From positions 20,894,001-20,958,000 of the forward strand of contig CM052832.1 in assembly GCA_028534125.1 (NCBI GenBank): 64,000 bases of DNA, given 5' to 3'. Source of the stretch: Lama glama (Eukaryota). Below the pieces are notes generated by a model that saw only the letters and a program-made list of their open reading frames with translations, did not search any database and was not told the origin of the DNA. A program made the position numbers and the translations under genes. Positions 40,711-53,644 of this stretch are shown piece after piece (position 1 is the first letter of the stretch; each line of letters begins with the position of its first letter).

Positions 40711-41949
40711 CTGTTGTGACTCAGCAAAAGCCGGAAGCCTTGCAAAAGGACTTCAAACAACAAGCTGGAAAGGAGGACAATAGCTCCCACCCCCAGACAG
40801 TGAGAAACTGCATTATCCTAAGGGATCACGGCCACCCGTGCTCAGTGCAGATAAGTGAGAACCGTCTCTGCTCTGGCCAACAGGAGCCGTGCAGCCACAG
40901 CTGCTCACAGAAGTTCTGGGTGGCCTCCATTCCAGCTGCTCCAAATAGTTTCAAGGCAAGAGCACTGCAGCTGGGTGGTGCTCCGAAGGGCACGGGTGGG
41001 AGGGCAGGCCGACAAAGTGGAGGCTGGCAAGTTGCATCCCCTCACCAGGTGCTCTAAATCCCCTCTCTGGGCTGAGGGAAATCACATAGAGGTCTCCAGA
41101 CTGACCCTCAAGGCAGCCGTGTCAGAATCGGCCTCCCCACCATTCCATGGCAATGAACTGAAACTGTGCCTCCAAGACTACAGAAACTGTGGGGAAACTT
41201 TCCTGCCAGGCAGTTCTTAATGCTCTAGGAGCAACAGGATAATGAATGCCACTTGGCCAAAAAGAGGGGCATTCCGAACACAGTCATCAGGGAGACAGAA
41301 GCCTGGCCACACACCCTCCACCACAGACACAAAGCCCCTGGAGACATTCCCTTTAAAGTATCAGGCAGATCTGATCAAGAACTTAACAGCTGCAGTAAAA
41401 TTTTAAATTAAGAGAGAACAAACAACAACAAATCTTAACATTTGTTAAGGAAAAGTATGTGAAAGAGACAGTAGGGGCTCACTTTGGGGATACTGTCATT
41501 TGCAGGGAAGAATTACCTAAAAAAAAAAAATTTCACTTATTAAGTACCTACAGTACAATTTTAGAGTATTTCTTGTCATGGGTTACATTTTACAATATTT
41601 TCACATCTATGTAGTATGTTCAGCTGACAAAAGCTTAGGCAAAAGTATCAGGTAAGCTGATGCTGCTGGAATCTCCTACTTGCATGAAGACCCCATACCA
41701 AGTAACCTTCTGCAGAACCTAATTTTGTATATATTTCTTTTGAAAGAAATATATACACACGTCATTTTTTTATTATACACACACAAGTGTGTGTGCATGT
41801 TAATGAACGAGAAGTGCTTAAGACAGAAAAATATGAAAACTGGAGCACTGGCTACCATATGAATGCTGACCGTAGTATTTCATGCAACACCAAAATGGGT
41901 AGAGGTGTTAAAAATTATTAATTAAGTCATCTGGCATCTAGATCACTGC

Positions 41950-42155
41950 AACGGAAGTTGAAAGACCCAGGAGACATTTTCCACTCAGCTCCTGATTTGC
42001 TATGGGGCCCACATCAAGTTGTGCTATGCCTCTGTTATAACATCTGCAAAATGGAGATAACACTTCACACCACCTACCTCAGAGAGCTGTTAGAAGATTA
42101 GATACCAAAAAGGAAAATCCTCAAAGCCCTCTGAGTTTCTCATAAATGTAAGACA
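41950..42155. mobile_element. MIR
   Basis: catctgcaaaatggagataacac...acctacctcagagagctgttagaagattaga. Confidence 0.75.
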
Positions 42156-42759
42156 CGCAATTTAATAAAATACCATCACCCTCACACAACTCCTAAGAGG
42201 CTCAAGGATATAGGAAACAGGAAATAGACACCAGCAACTCAGCAGGGCAGACACCTCACACATTTAAGATGAGGGAGGCGGTGGGCAGTTCTTTCCCCAG
42301 CTTCTAGTGAAAAGGTGGGGGAAGTAACTCTGAAATTCTGATCTCCTCAGTCAAAACAAAACATCCAGAGAAGGGGGGGAAAATACAGTCCTGTTTCGAC
42401 AAATCACTAGTAAGTCAAAAGAAGCAATCCTGACAAGTATGACCAAATGCTTGCTTACAGGTCTACATTTACAAGAAGAGAAACAAGCAACATGACACTC
42501 GCAGTTTTTCAGTTTTAGTAAAGTCTCATATTAAATTGGTTCCATAGAGGAGTAAGTGTAATGATATCCTCACACTGAATGAAATTTAAGCACAGAAAAC
42601 ATGGGGTATTTTTAATCCATTTGTACTGGAAACAAAAAACAAAGTGGACTGTATGTAGCCACCTAAAAGAAACAATTACATTGGGGCTCATAAGGAAAAT
42701 CAGGAGAGAAGTATTAAACATATACTGAGAGTCTGGATGATGGAAAATTTGAAACTTGA

Positions 42760-43120
42760 ATTGATTAAACACATTCGTTCTATAGTATTGTCAAGCACTT
42801 ATTGTGGGCCATGTGTCAGGCTAAATTTAAAAAAGGTAAATAATATCCTATTTCTGGCTCTCATGAACCTCAAAGTCTAGCAAGGAGACGACGCAAACAC
42901 AATAAAGCAGAACACAATGTGGTAAGGGTTAGAGGCAAGTACAGAGGGCTGAGGAAAAAGAAAGAAGTAATTGATTTTGCATAGAGAGAGGGAGGGAGGG
43001 AGGAGAGGGGTTCAGAAGAGTCTCAGAGACTCTGACACTTGAACAGGACCTTACAAGATGAACAGAACTACACCAAACACAAAAGAAGAGGAAAGAGCAT
43101 TCTAGGTAAGCAAACAGCAG
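42760..43120. mobile_element. L2 fragment
   Basis: caagcacttattgtgggcca...ctggctctcatgaacctcaaagtctag...agagcattctaggtaag. Confidence 0.7.
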
Positions 43121-43506
43121 CCCCTATTCTCACGGCCTGCCCCATACATACACCCTCGTTAGGTGAGGAGCAACGGAGACAATCTGGGAGGGCCTGAATT
43201 CCCAAGTCTTCGTGGGAGAAAGAGCATCCCAGGAAGACATTTTTAAAGGATTTGTTATTTCAACAACTCAATATAGGAGACTGAGGCAAAAGGGACAGGA
43301 GCAGGGGAGGTGGTGCCGGCCGCGGGCATGAGACAGACCCCAGGAAAACTGGCAGCATTGCTGAGACCAGTTCTCTAGGGAGAGATGAAGTGCGTAAGGA
43401 GGCAGAGAAGCCAGCAGGCTTGGCAAGCGTAACCATGACTCAGGGATGGTCAGGACCAGGGTTTCCAGGAGCAGGCAAGCAGTCATATAAGGTGGGTAAA
43501 ACACAG

Positions 43507-43911
43507 TGTAACTGGATGAATAATGCTCTCCAAAGACAGCAGATCCTAGTCCCTGGAACCTGTAAATGTTACCTTGTAAGGCAAAGACTTTGCATATGCA
43601 ATTAAATTAGGGATCTTGAGATGGGGAGGTTATTCTGGATTATCCAGTTGAGCCCTAAATGCAATCACAAATCTGTTTCCAAGAGGCAGACTGGACTACA
43701 GACAGAAGAAGGGAGGGAGGTAGATGCTGGAGTGATGCAGCCACAAGCCAAGGAGTGAGTGTCAGCGGCCACCAGAAGCTGGAAAATACAAACAAGGAGC
43801 AGAGTCTCCCCTAGGACTTGGGCAAGAGTGTGGCCCTGTGAACACCTAAATTTGTTGCTTTAAGCCACCAAGTTTGTAGCCATGAGTAAGGAGTCATAGG
43901 AAACTAATGCA
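43507..43911 (+). mobile_element. MaLR solo LTR (MLT1C/D-like) with 5-bp TSD
   Basis: TG...CA termini; CACAG at 43502-43506 and 43912-43916; ccctggaacctgtaaatgttacc and gatcttgagatggggaggttattctggattatcc. Confidence 0.9.
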
Positions 43912-45186
43912 CACAGTGGGCAGAGAGCCAGCCCCCAGGTGCTCTCAGGTGTCACACTCACCAGTCTTGAGAGGAATAATTCAGATGGAAGGCATCTCAC
44001 ACTGATCGAGACATTGAGGTCCAACCTGACGTCTTAGAGAAAGTCTAGAATATTACACTGCGTAACTAGCAAAATTTAGGTAATGGGGCCCCAGTAAAGT
44101 CCAGAGTAGGTGAGAACAAGATGGGTGGGAGAGCTGCAGAGTAAGGACACTATGTGATGACACACAGAGGAAGGAAACTGGCCACGATGACAGTGATATG
44201 GATGACAGGCAACTCAGAGGGCATCACAAGGCCACCACATTCTGGTCTAGGGAAAGTACACATTGCATGCAGGAAGAGTAAAGAGATGGAAAAGACTTAC
44301 CTGCACCCTGGCTCAGTCAGGACTGACTCAGGAACTAGACCAGGACTAGACCATCAAATCAAAGGCAGCAGTGGATGCAGGTGCGGGAAGATTTTGGAAA
44401 AGAGGCCAACGGGATATGAAATGCTAAAAATCTTGCAATGTGCTCTTTGGTCAATAAGGGAAATAACTCAGTAAGATCTATTTCAGGAGGATGGGAGCAG
44501 GGTGGGATACCCACAGGAGACCAGACAGCCCAGTAAGAAAGAGCCTGAACCAGCCAAGGTGGGAGATGATAGCAGCCAGATGTAAGAATGGGAAAACGGT
44601 GGTGGCTTAGAAAAGTATCTGGAGCACATGGTAAGTTACTGAAATAAGGAATGAGTGATTGGTAGGGCGTGGGAGCAGCAGGCAAATGACAACCACCACC
44701 TTTGAAGCACAAAACTCAAAGGAAAAGGTCAGAGCAGAACAGGCAGAATGAGCTGCTCTCTGGTTATACTGAGTTCACGGCACTGGCGGGTCAGGCCAAG
44801 GGTGACAGCCAGAAGCCGACAGAACGCTCCGATCGAAAACTCAACGCCAAAAATACTTGAATACTTGCAAAAGTTATCTGTAACACACTCCTTCAGTCTT
44901 CTTCCTCCTGCTTTGTCCTTAGGAAAGGAATCTAAAAATGGTTCCTAACATTTTAATACCGTAAACACAACATTTTTGAACTACAGTCATACCACCCACT
45001 CATAAGAAAAACCTTGCATTGGCAGCACTTAAAAGTAAGTCAGAAATGTTCTAAGAGGTGGGGAAACCTTACCATTAGCTGTCCCCCTTTTCTGTTAGTT
45101 TTAAGGAGATCTAGTAAAATGCACAACAGAACAGCTATCCATGGCTCAGAAGCAGTTAAAGATTTCAGTGGTGACCCCGGGGTTAC

Positions 45187-45303
45187 CTGATGATGGAAAA
45201 GTTGGTTCACATTTTGTATTTGCAGAAGACATCAAGTTAGACACCACTAACGCAGTAAATACAGGTCCTACAAAGAGAAACCAGTATGTTTACTAACAAC
45301 CAC
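45187..45303 (-). other. Candidate cassette 5'-UTR exon with two alternative acceptors (117 or 81 nt)
   Basis: Acceptors ttttttcactcgtctcttttcag|GTG (45303) and ggtttctctttgtag|GAC (45267); donor CAG|gtaacc (45187). Confidence 0.4.
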
Positions 45304-47954
45304 CTGAAAAGAGACGAGTGAAAAAAAAACACAGATTTTCTGCAGAAGAAAATGCAAACTGATCAGATGCCCCCTCCCACAAAAAACACCTCATTTGTTC
45401 CCTAGAGCTACAGAAACCATATTCCCCGTCACCAAAATGCTCAGGTATACAGCGATCTGTGGCAGAACACAGGCAGCTCTCGCCTTTAGCCTGCGATTTC
45501 TCACAGCTGGTACGAGTGGGAATGTGGAAATGACTTCCAGGGTGCAGGGTCTGAAATTCCAGATTAGATAATGTGGTAAGGGTGACAAGGGGAGGGGAGG
45601 GCAGCAAGATATAATGCAAAGATGGAGAGGACTCTGATAGAACCGCTGCCCCTGAGCAACTGTGTGTGTTCACACAAATAAGGTTCTTGGTCCTACAGTG
45701 AAGAGACCAGAGCAGTACAGAGGTGACAATACAACAATAACTTTATCTTAGTAAGCTGTTGTACTAAGGCAGACCAACAAGTATCTGTAAGTGAGCAGAT
45801 AAACGACCAAGTCAAATATATGTAGGTAAAAAAACAAGAGCAAACAGGGCTGTATTTGCAAGACCTATTATGGAAACACATCTCATTGTCTGCAAATAAA
45901 ATTTGAAGGTCATGAAAAGTCAGGAGGAATGCTGTTATTCCAGAATAGAGGACGTTATCAGCAAAGCCCAAAACATGTGCAACCATCACACCACCTTGCG
46001 TCCGCACTGTCTTTGTATGAACACTGCTGCTTCATAAGTATCTTGTCTGATCCTTGGCACACCCATGCGTATGCTGACTTCCCCAAGTTTTGACCACGAA
46101 TTCACTCCACATTTTTAATTTAGTGCCCACTATAAAAATCATACTGAGGTGACATATAATAATACCTGCCCCTAGGAAATTAGAAACCAATTAAATGAAA
46201 AATATAAAACACGGAATTATAGCAATGGATAACATAAAATGGAAATAAAAAATGGACAGTTAAGTGTTCATACAAGGCAAGTAGTGACAGAAAAATATAG
46301 GTCATAAGAGTGTAAGTGAGGTGCATACATGCAGGACAACGGAAAGCTCCTGAGGGGAGAATAAAAAGATACATGAGGGGAAAATGGGTGAAGAAGATTC
46401 CAAAGGATTGGATCAAAAAAGTTATAAGCCTCATGTGACTGAAGTTATGACACTTCAGCATAAAAAAAAATCCTGCTGCAGAACAGAAGATGTTAAGGGC
46501 AAATGACAGTAAGGCCAAGTGAAGACAAGTGGATTGAAGAGTCTAGGCTCTACCACCGTAAGTTTTACATCAGGAGTGAAATAAAACATAAGAGCTTTAA
46601 TCAGAAAACTACGCAGGGAATAGGACTGAACACCTGTGTCTTAGAGACTAGCTAGAAGGCCATGAGGGCCATCTATAACAGACTGTAACCATCTCTGGTA
46701 TATCACAGTACATAGTAAGCTGTTCTGGTACAGGAGGCATGAAGTCATGAGTTCCTCACCAGGAAGGAAGCAAGGAAAATGCTGAAAGAGGGATGGTTAC
46801 AGAAAAAAAGAGAATTAAGGGAAAATTCTAAGGTTTCAGTGACTGTAGATGAAGAAGATAAGGAATAGCGGGAAAGGTGAGAAATTGCTTGGGATTACAG
46901 CTCAGTAACCAGAAGAGTAAGGATACCACTAATAAGGCACCAGGAAGGAAGACGGACATAGTTTGAAAAATGATTGTTTTGAAGACATAGAATTTGAGGT
47001 GCAAACAGTGTAACTCTCATAAAGTATCATCTGTAAGGGTAACAGCAACTGTGAGTCCTGTGGACAGAAGATCCCGGGTTAGAAGTGATCACTCTCATGG
47101 GATATTGAGATAACAAATACAGGCTTAGAGAAACCATTCAGACAATGAATTCAGGGGCTATGGGATAAAAAGGTTTAGGAATTTCTCCAACACATCACAA
47201 CTTCTGATTTTAGTGACAAACTTTTAAGCAAAACTTTAAATTAAAGAACTTGGAAATACTTCAAGATGAGGTTGGACTTACAAAAGGGACCGTATTTCTC
47301 AAAATATTTCAAAAGACCTGTATCTAACAAGCAAAAGTCACCCTAAAATACCATACTGTCAATTCTATAATGAGTTCAAAATTTAGTAATGACATTACAT
47401 TGCTTTCTATGGAATTTAACTACATAAATTATGGTTAATTACTTGATTTTAATCACACTGCGACCAAAAAAAGTGTCACCAATAGGTACGTAGGGTCTGG
47501 TATTTTTAGCGCCCTTTCCGTCTTGCCGTTGACAACACAGTAATAACCACTGACCTCCATGTTCATGGTTTCTTAGGACCTTAAACTCTGCGAGCTTCCA
47601 TGTCTAAGAGCTGCAGAAGGTTTCTGAAAGTAGGAAGGTAAACTAAATATTCTCTTGGGTTATTTTCAAGTTTCTGGCAGAGAACTCAAAGCTCGAAGAG
47701 ATTTCCACAGCCACATAGACCATGCACAGAGGGGTCTAGAGCTTGTCGCTAATTGGAGGGAAAAGACACAGCTCCTGCACAGAAACATTTAACCATCAAG
47801 TCCTACCTTCCAGTTAAAGATGTCCTAGTCATCATACAACAAACAAGAAAAGGAAACTGCCCTTCTGTCTCATTTCATCTCTCCTCCTGAAGTCACCCAC
47901 CGACAATAGGAAAATCTAAAATGATGCCTGTTTGTTACTACTTTATTTGGCAAT

Positions 47955-48170
47955 TAATAGCCAATATTTATTTAACACTTGTTATGTATCTGGTATTGCT
48001 CTAAGCCCTTCAATATCCACAAAGACCGTGTGAAGTAGGTACTGCTATCACCAACCCCATTTTATACAAGGAGAAACCAAAGCACAGAGAGGCTAAGTTG
48101 ACCAAAGTCACATCCTTAAATGTAGTAGAGCCAGGATTTCAATCTCAGCGAGATTCCAGTGTCTCACACT
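47955..48170. mobile_element. MIR
   Basis: ccccattttatacaaggagaaaccaaagcacagagaggctaag...agagccaggatttcaa. Confidence 0.8.
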
Positions 48171-51053
48171 GAATACCCACACTGTCTATTCTTTTTCTCA
48201 AATACATGAGCCAACAACTCAACTCCTATTTTTAAAAAAAGTAAACCATTGTTTAAAGACAGTAAACACAGTCTATGACATAAGTGTTTTCTGATTATCG
48301 CAAAAACCTCCAAGAGTACCAGTGCAAACAAACCAAATGAAAATAGCAACACACACTTTCTGAGGATACTTTAAATAAAATTTTAAAGATTCCATTTGGA
48401 TGTAGTGAAACTGCTGACCATTAAGGGTGGCAAGGAAAAAAAATAGAGTGAGCCTCACTAAAAGACAAGTTGGAACCATCCACTCCTGAAAAAAGCGATT
48501 CTCCCACAGACATTCGTCCACTTTTTAAAGTAGACTTTGGACTAAATGCAGTTATTTCTCTTGAGATGACTTCATTATGCACTTCACTCTCCTAATTTTC
48601 TCATTTTCCCTAACTGCAGTCTAAATCTGAGTTTAAAACAATTACATAAGCATCTCACACATGATCCTTGGTAGGCATGACAACTTTCATTTAAAATTGA
48701 TTTTTAACCTGTATTCCTGAAGAATAGATTTTAATTGAAGGCCTTAGTAACCAACAATCAAGCTAATTGTATTTTGATTCTCCTTCCATTTCTCTGGCTC
48801 AAACGTTCTCATCGGGATATTTTTCTTTAAGACATTTATTTGCTACCTTATTTCAAAACTTAAGAGAAGAAAAGGGTCCTAATGAAAGGCAGAGAAAAAA
48901 GCCACCAACGATGTCTCGATGAAATGCAATTTCTTATGGGACTCTACTTCAGATATGGGTAGAGGAGGAAGTAATTTTTCGATTCAATCTTCTGTGATCC
49001 TGTGATAATCCAGGGTTGACAACACAGAACATAAAGTATTAGATAAATCATATGGTTATACAAGGCCAGATCATCACAACAGTTTTAGAAGCAGAGTGCT
49101 AGAAATGTCATTAAAAGCTTTACTGACAGCTGCCAGGGAAAGCAGGGACAGCCCCAGGCCCACCAGGTCCTCATCCATGACCTGAGGTCCTAATGAAGCC
49201 TTCCTCCAACACCACCAGGGTGTGGACAATGTTACAGGAAACGTGGGTGCTCATGATTCACTCTCCCTAACCACACACCTCTAACAGTACCCAATGCCCA
49301 ACGTAATGCTCATCTCAACTGAGAAATAAGATCCACAAAGAAAAACTCTTTTAACCCCAGCGTCAGTAATGAGACCCACAGAAGCCAGAAGTTCAGCATT
49401 CAAATTAATAACACTTCAGTAACTAAATTTTTTAAATGCCGTGAAATTAGTTTATATAAAAGACTTGGGGATTCCATGAAATTTTAGGAATTCTTTTGAC
49501 TTCTTAAATCTTAGCTTAGATGTATTTATGCCCCTGAGAATAAAAAACTGTAGGCAGGCATAAGCAGAATAAAACTTTAAATCATACTTTATTACTGCCC
49601 TCTTCAGAGATGGTTCTTAAGGCTTCATCCTACACAGAACAGTCTGAGCTAGTTTTTCCTTAAGAGCATAAAACTAGCATCCAAGGTAGCTGCCCAGGGG
49701 TGTTCCAAGAAACTAAGATTCTGTGCTTAAAGTGTGAGACCCATGGCATGCTCTGAGTCTTCCTTCTTGGGAAGGTATAGCATACGTTAGTAAATTCAAT
49801 ATACTGAGAAACTTTGTGAAGTGTTGCCTACTCTTATTTGATCAGGGAATGCATTTTCAAAAATATAGGGTATCAGGGCTGCATAAAGTACAGTTTGGAA
49901 AATGTTGCTCTCAACGCCTGAGCTCAGCACTAAGACTTCAGAAATTGACCCCAAATTACCCTTCATCATAATCAGTAAGCTACACTGACAACTCTGATGA
50001 TCAATGCTGATCTCACATCCCAGTTTCGCCAATAGAAAGAAAGCTTCTCCTCTGGTCCAGTCCATCACCTCTCCCTGTCCCCAATAGAGATTTGCTCCAC
50101 TGTTTTAATCAGACCATTCCCTGTGCTAGAAATTCTACCATCATTTTATTCAATTTAATCCTTTGACACTGGAGATAAAGTCCCACCTCCCATGTCTCTT
50201 CCACATAATGTTGTCCTACCTCCCCCTGAAGAGGCCACCTCCAAGTAAAAACAGCACTTTGTCAGGACTCACCTACTTACTACCTGGATTAAGGGTTCCA
50301 TATTTGCTGCACAGATGTCTGGTCCCCCAACTATCCAAGGATTGGCTGAAAAGAGGCTCTATAAGCTCTTGGTTTCTACTATATCTAATAGAGTATTTTG
50401 CTCCACCAGAGCAGACACTATACACAAATGCTGATGAACTGAAAACCCCTGCCAGTAGCCACTCAAATGGTACTGAAATGCCAAGCATGGCTTTCAGCAC
50501 TAAGTAACAGACTGACACTAGGAAGACTCCAAACACTTAATTGGGCATATTTTTAATCTCTGAAAAATCTTTTGGCCTGTTTTAGAAATTACCAAAAGGA
50601 CACAACCTAGGTCTGCAAACTGACATCTCAAAGGAATTCTGTAACAATAACTTAATGAACACGGAACATACTCAGGCCTTTAAGAAAATGAGCAGCACTG
50701 GGATTTCTGTTATCTCTGGTGACCATGAAGTCCATTCCTTACTCTCTACGTTGTACGTCTAAATTTGTGACTTCTAATATATTTATGTGGTGCATACAAA
50801 AGTCTTATTTTATTTCCTCTCCAGAATATCTATGTAGCTTTCTCTCTCTCAGGGAACCTCAGATGATACTAGCCCATCTAAACACCATAGTGACTACAGG
50901 GTATACTCATCTCTATGGAGGAAGTAAATTCATACCTAGCAGTATCTGATTTTGGCAAGTCAAACCAAGAAAAGTAACAGAAGTCTGAAGGGGCAGAATA
51001 TTTACAAAGAATTCTGGACTTCAAAGTAACTGTATGATAACCTGGTGAGAACA

Positions 51054-51305
51054 CAGTTGACCCTTGAAAATAGGAGGATTGGGGCGCCAACCTCCACACA
51101 GTCAAAAAAAAAAAAAAGTGTAACTTAGTTGGCCCTACATGTCTATATACAGTTTCTCTGTATCTGTAGTTCCACATCCATGGATTCAACCAACTGTAAT
51201 CCTGTAGGCTCCTGTAGGATCCTGTAGTACTAACTATTGAAAAAAATCCACATATAAGTGAACCCACCCACACAGTTCAAACGTGTGTTGTTTCAAGGTC
51301 AGCTG
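51054..51305. mobile_element. Tigger2/MER8-like TcMar MITE
   Basis: Terminal inverted repeats cagttgacccttgaa ... ttcaaggtcagctg followed by TA. Confidence 0.85.
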
Positions 51306-51529
51306 TACAGTACACACTAACCACCTGAAAAACCGCTCAAGATAGGAAAATGGCCAGCCTAAGAGGCTTTCTTAACTAGGTGAAAAAAATAAATATGCCA
51401 TTAAATACAGAATGACTGAGAAAACACTACAAAAGCAGTTTTTCATGTAATTCCAGAACTAGAATTACTGTTCTGTGGCAGAGATTACAGAGCATGCAAA
51501 CTTACCCTTGGGAAGCAATCAAGGGCACA

Positions 51530-51765
51530 AATTAAAAGCCCTGGAGCAAGTGGTCTAGGTTCAAATCCTGGCTCCATTTCTTACTAAGCATCTGGCAGTA
51601 TCTATTTCTTCTCTGAGCTTCACTCAGTTTTCTCATCTGACAAACAGATGTAAAATATTATCTACTCCATTGTGCTGTTGTGACATTTCAATGTGATAAC
51701 ACCCATGACACTCCTACAACATTGCTGAGTACAAAGAAAGCACGCAATACATGTTACCATTATTA
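51530..51765. mobile_element. MIR
   Basis: ctaggttcaaatcctggctccatttcttacta...ctcagttttctcatctg. Confidence 0.8.
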
Positions 51766-52980
51766 CATCCCTGTAATCTAACTAAAGGACTTATCCTGAA
51801 GGCTGGTACTGCAGTTACAAGATGAGCACAAAAACCTCCACTGTGCTCCCTTTAATGCTACTGCTGTTGAGTGGATTACTACATGTAAGAGGAAAAGAAA
51901 AGGCTTGCTGTGGGAGTCACAAATATTTACAGTCCCTAAATCCTCCCTACCTCCTACAGGGGAGATAACATACAACTTGAAGCAAATAATCATCATCACT
52001 GGGCAATCCATTAAGCAATCTAAATTACAATTCTGATATTGCCTTATCTGTGGAAGTTGTATGTTTGTGTTATACTGTCCTTCATTTACATATATGTAAC
52101 CATGTTTTTACCTGCACATGGTTTTAGCACCCTATAGAATCACTTCAAACATGAAAGATACTGTTTTCTTGTTTCCTTGATCAAAGGAAAAACTCACAAA
52201 AGAAAAACCTACATCTTACTGGTTTTTTCATTTCACTGAACACATTCATGAATTTTGTATGGAAAAAGGAGGAGCACACGTTTTCATTTTATTGCTAAAC
52301 AATCCAAAATAACACACTCAGAAATCTTTCATTATCAAATACATGTTTACAAAATGATAATAAATTAATTTAACAAAGTCTTAATAGGTGTCATTTAAGG
52401 AAAGATCTGAAACTCAAACCTACTTGGTAACATTTCAGGTATTTGCTTTTTGTTCTTTCTTTCCTATCTGTATCTCTTCAATCTTTTCCTATACCTCACA
52501 CTCGACATCATTTTTTGCTTTGTTTTTTTTTTGGTTTTTTGTTTGTTTGGGTTTTTTTTCCAGGTCTCATACTTCTTTCAGGTCTTCTAAGTTATCTTTT
52601 AAATTTTCATTAGGTAACAATTTTGTTGTAGTTAATTTCACATAAATATTTTCAGCACTGTTAGTTTCTAAAACTCCAGTCTCATTTCTCCCTTTGCCCC
52701 TCCCACCCTGCTCTTTCCTTTCAGAAGGATTGCTTTTTGGTGTTTGATGTTGATGTAAAGTTTAAGTGACAGAGAGCATAAGCTGCCAACTAAATCCAGC
52801 TTCAAACCCACTTGCTGAATGAGGTCCACACTCTCCATGAGAACATGGTCTCCTACTCCTCTGAAGGTGGAAAGATTTGATTTCCAGTCAAAGTATTTCT
52901 CTCCACAACGGGGCGAAACATGATAAATACACAAAACAAAAATAGTTTTCTACACAACATATATTGAGTTTGTCACTGCA

Positions 52981-53297
52981 CAAGCATACCTTGGAGATAC
53001 TGCAGGGTCAGTTTCAGACCACTAAAATAAAGCGATTATCACAGCGAAGTCAATCCCACAAATTTTTTGGTTTCCTAGTGCAAATAAAAGTTATGTTTAC
53101 ACTACACTGTACTCTAATGAGTGTGCAATAGCATTATGTCTAAAAAAGATATATATACCATAACTTAAAAATAATTCAGTACTAAAAAATGCTAACCATC
53201 ACCTGACAATGCAGGGTTGCTACAAACCTACTTGGGAAAAAAATGCAACATCTGCAAAGTGCAATAAAGCAAAGCACAATAAAATGAAGTATGCCTG
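52981..53297. mobile_element. Tigger1-derived MITE
   Basis: caagcataccttggagatactgc ... gcaataaagcaaagcacaataaaatgaagtatgcctg are the Tigger1 termini. Confidence 0.9.
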
Positions 53298-53438
53298 GAA
53301 ATGGAATATATAAAACATGTAAATTTCTCATGACACATAATGAAATGTTAATATTTATACATATATAGAAGCTTAAACAATTTTACATCCTCTCTAATGT
53401 AATCTAGTGGTGATTCTATTACTTAAGAAAATAAGATT

Positions 53439-53644
53439 GAGATTTGCAGATACTAACTACTAGATATAAAATAATAAAGAAGTTTCTTCTGTATAGCACA
53501 GGGAACTATAAGCAGTATCTTGTAGTAACCTATAATGAAAAAGAAGAAAACATGAAAATAAATATATGTATATATATGACTGAAACATTATGCTGTACAC
53601 CAGAAATTGACACATTGTAAACTGACTATATTTCAATTAAAAAA
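53439..53644 (+). mobile_element. 5'-truncated camelid-type L1 3' end with TSD
   Basis: AAGAAAATAAGATT 53425-53438 versus AAGAAACGAAGATT 53645-53658. Confidence 0.9.

Noticed and set aside
52388-52645. Phe/Ser-rich + strand ORF
   Set aside because: Antisense shadow of the purine-rich - strand segment.
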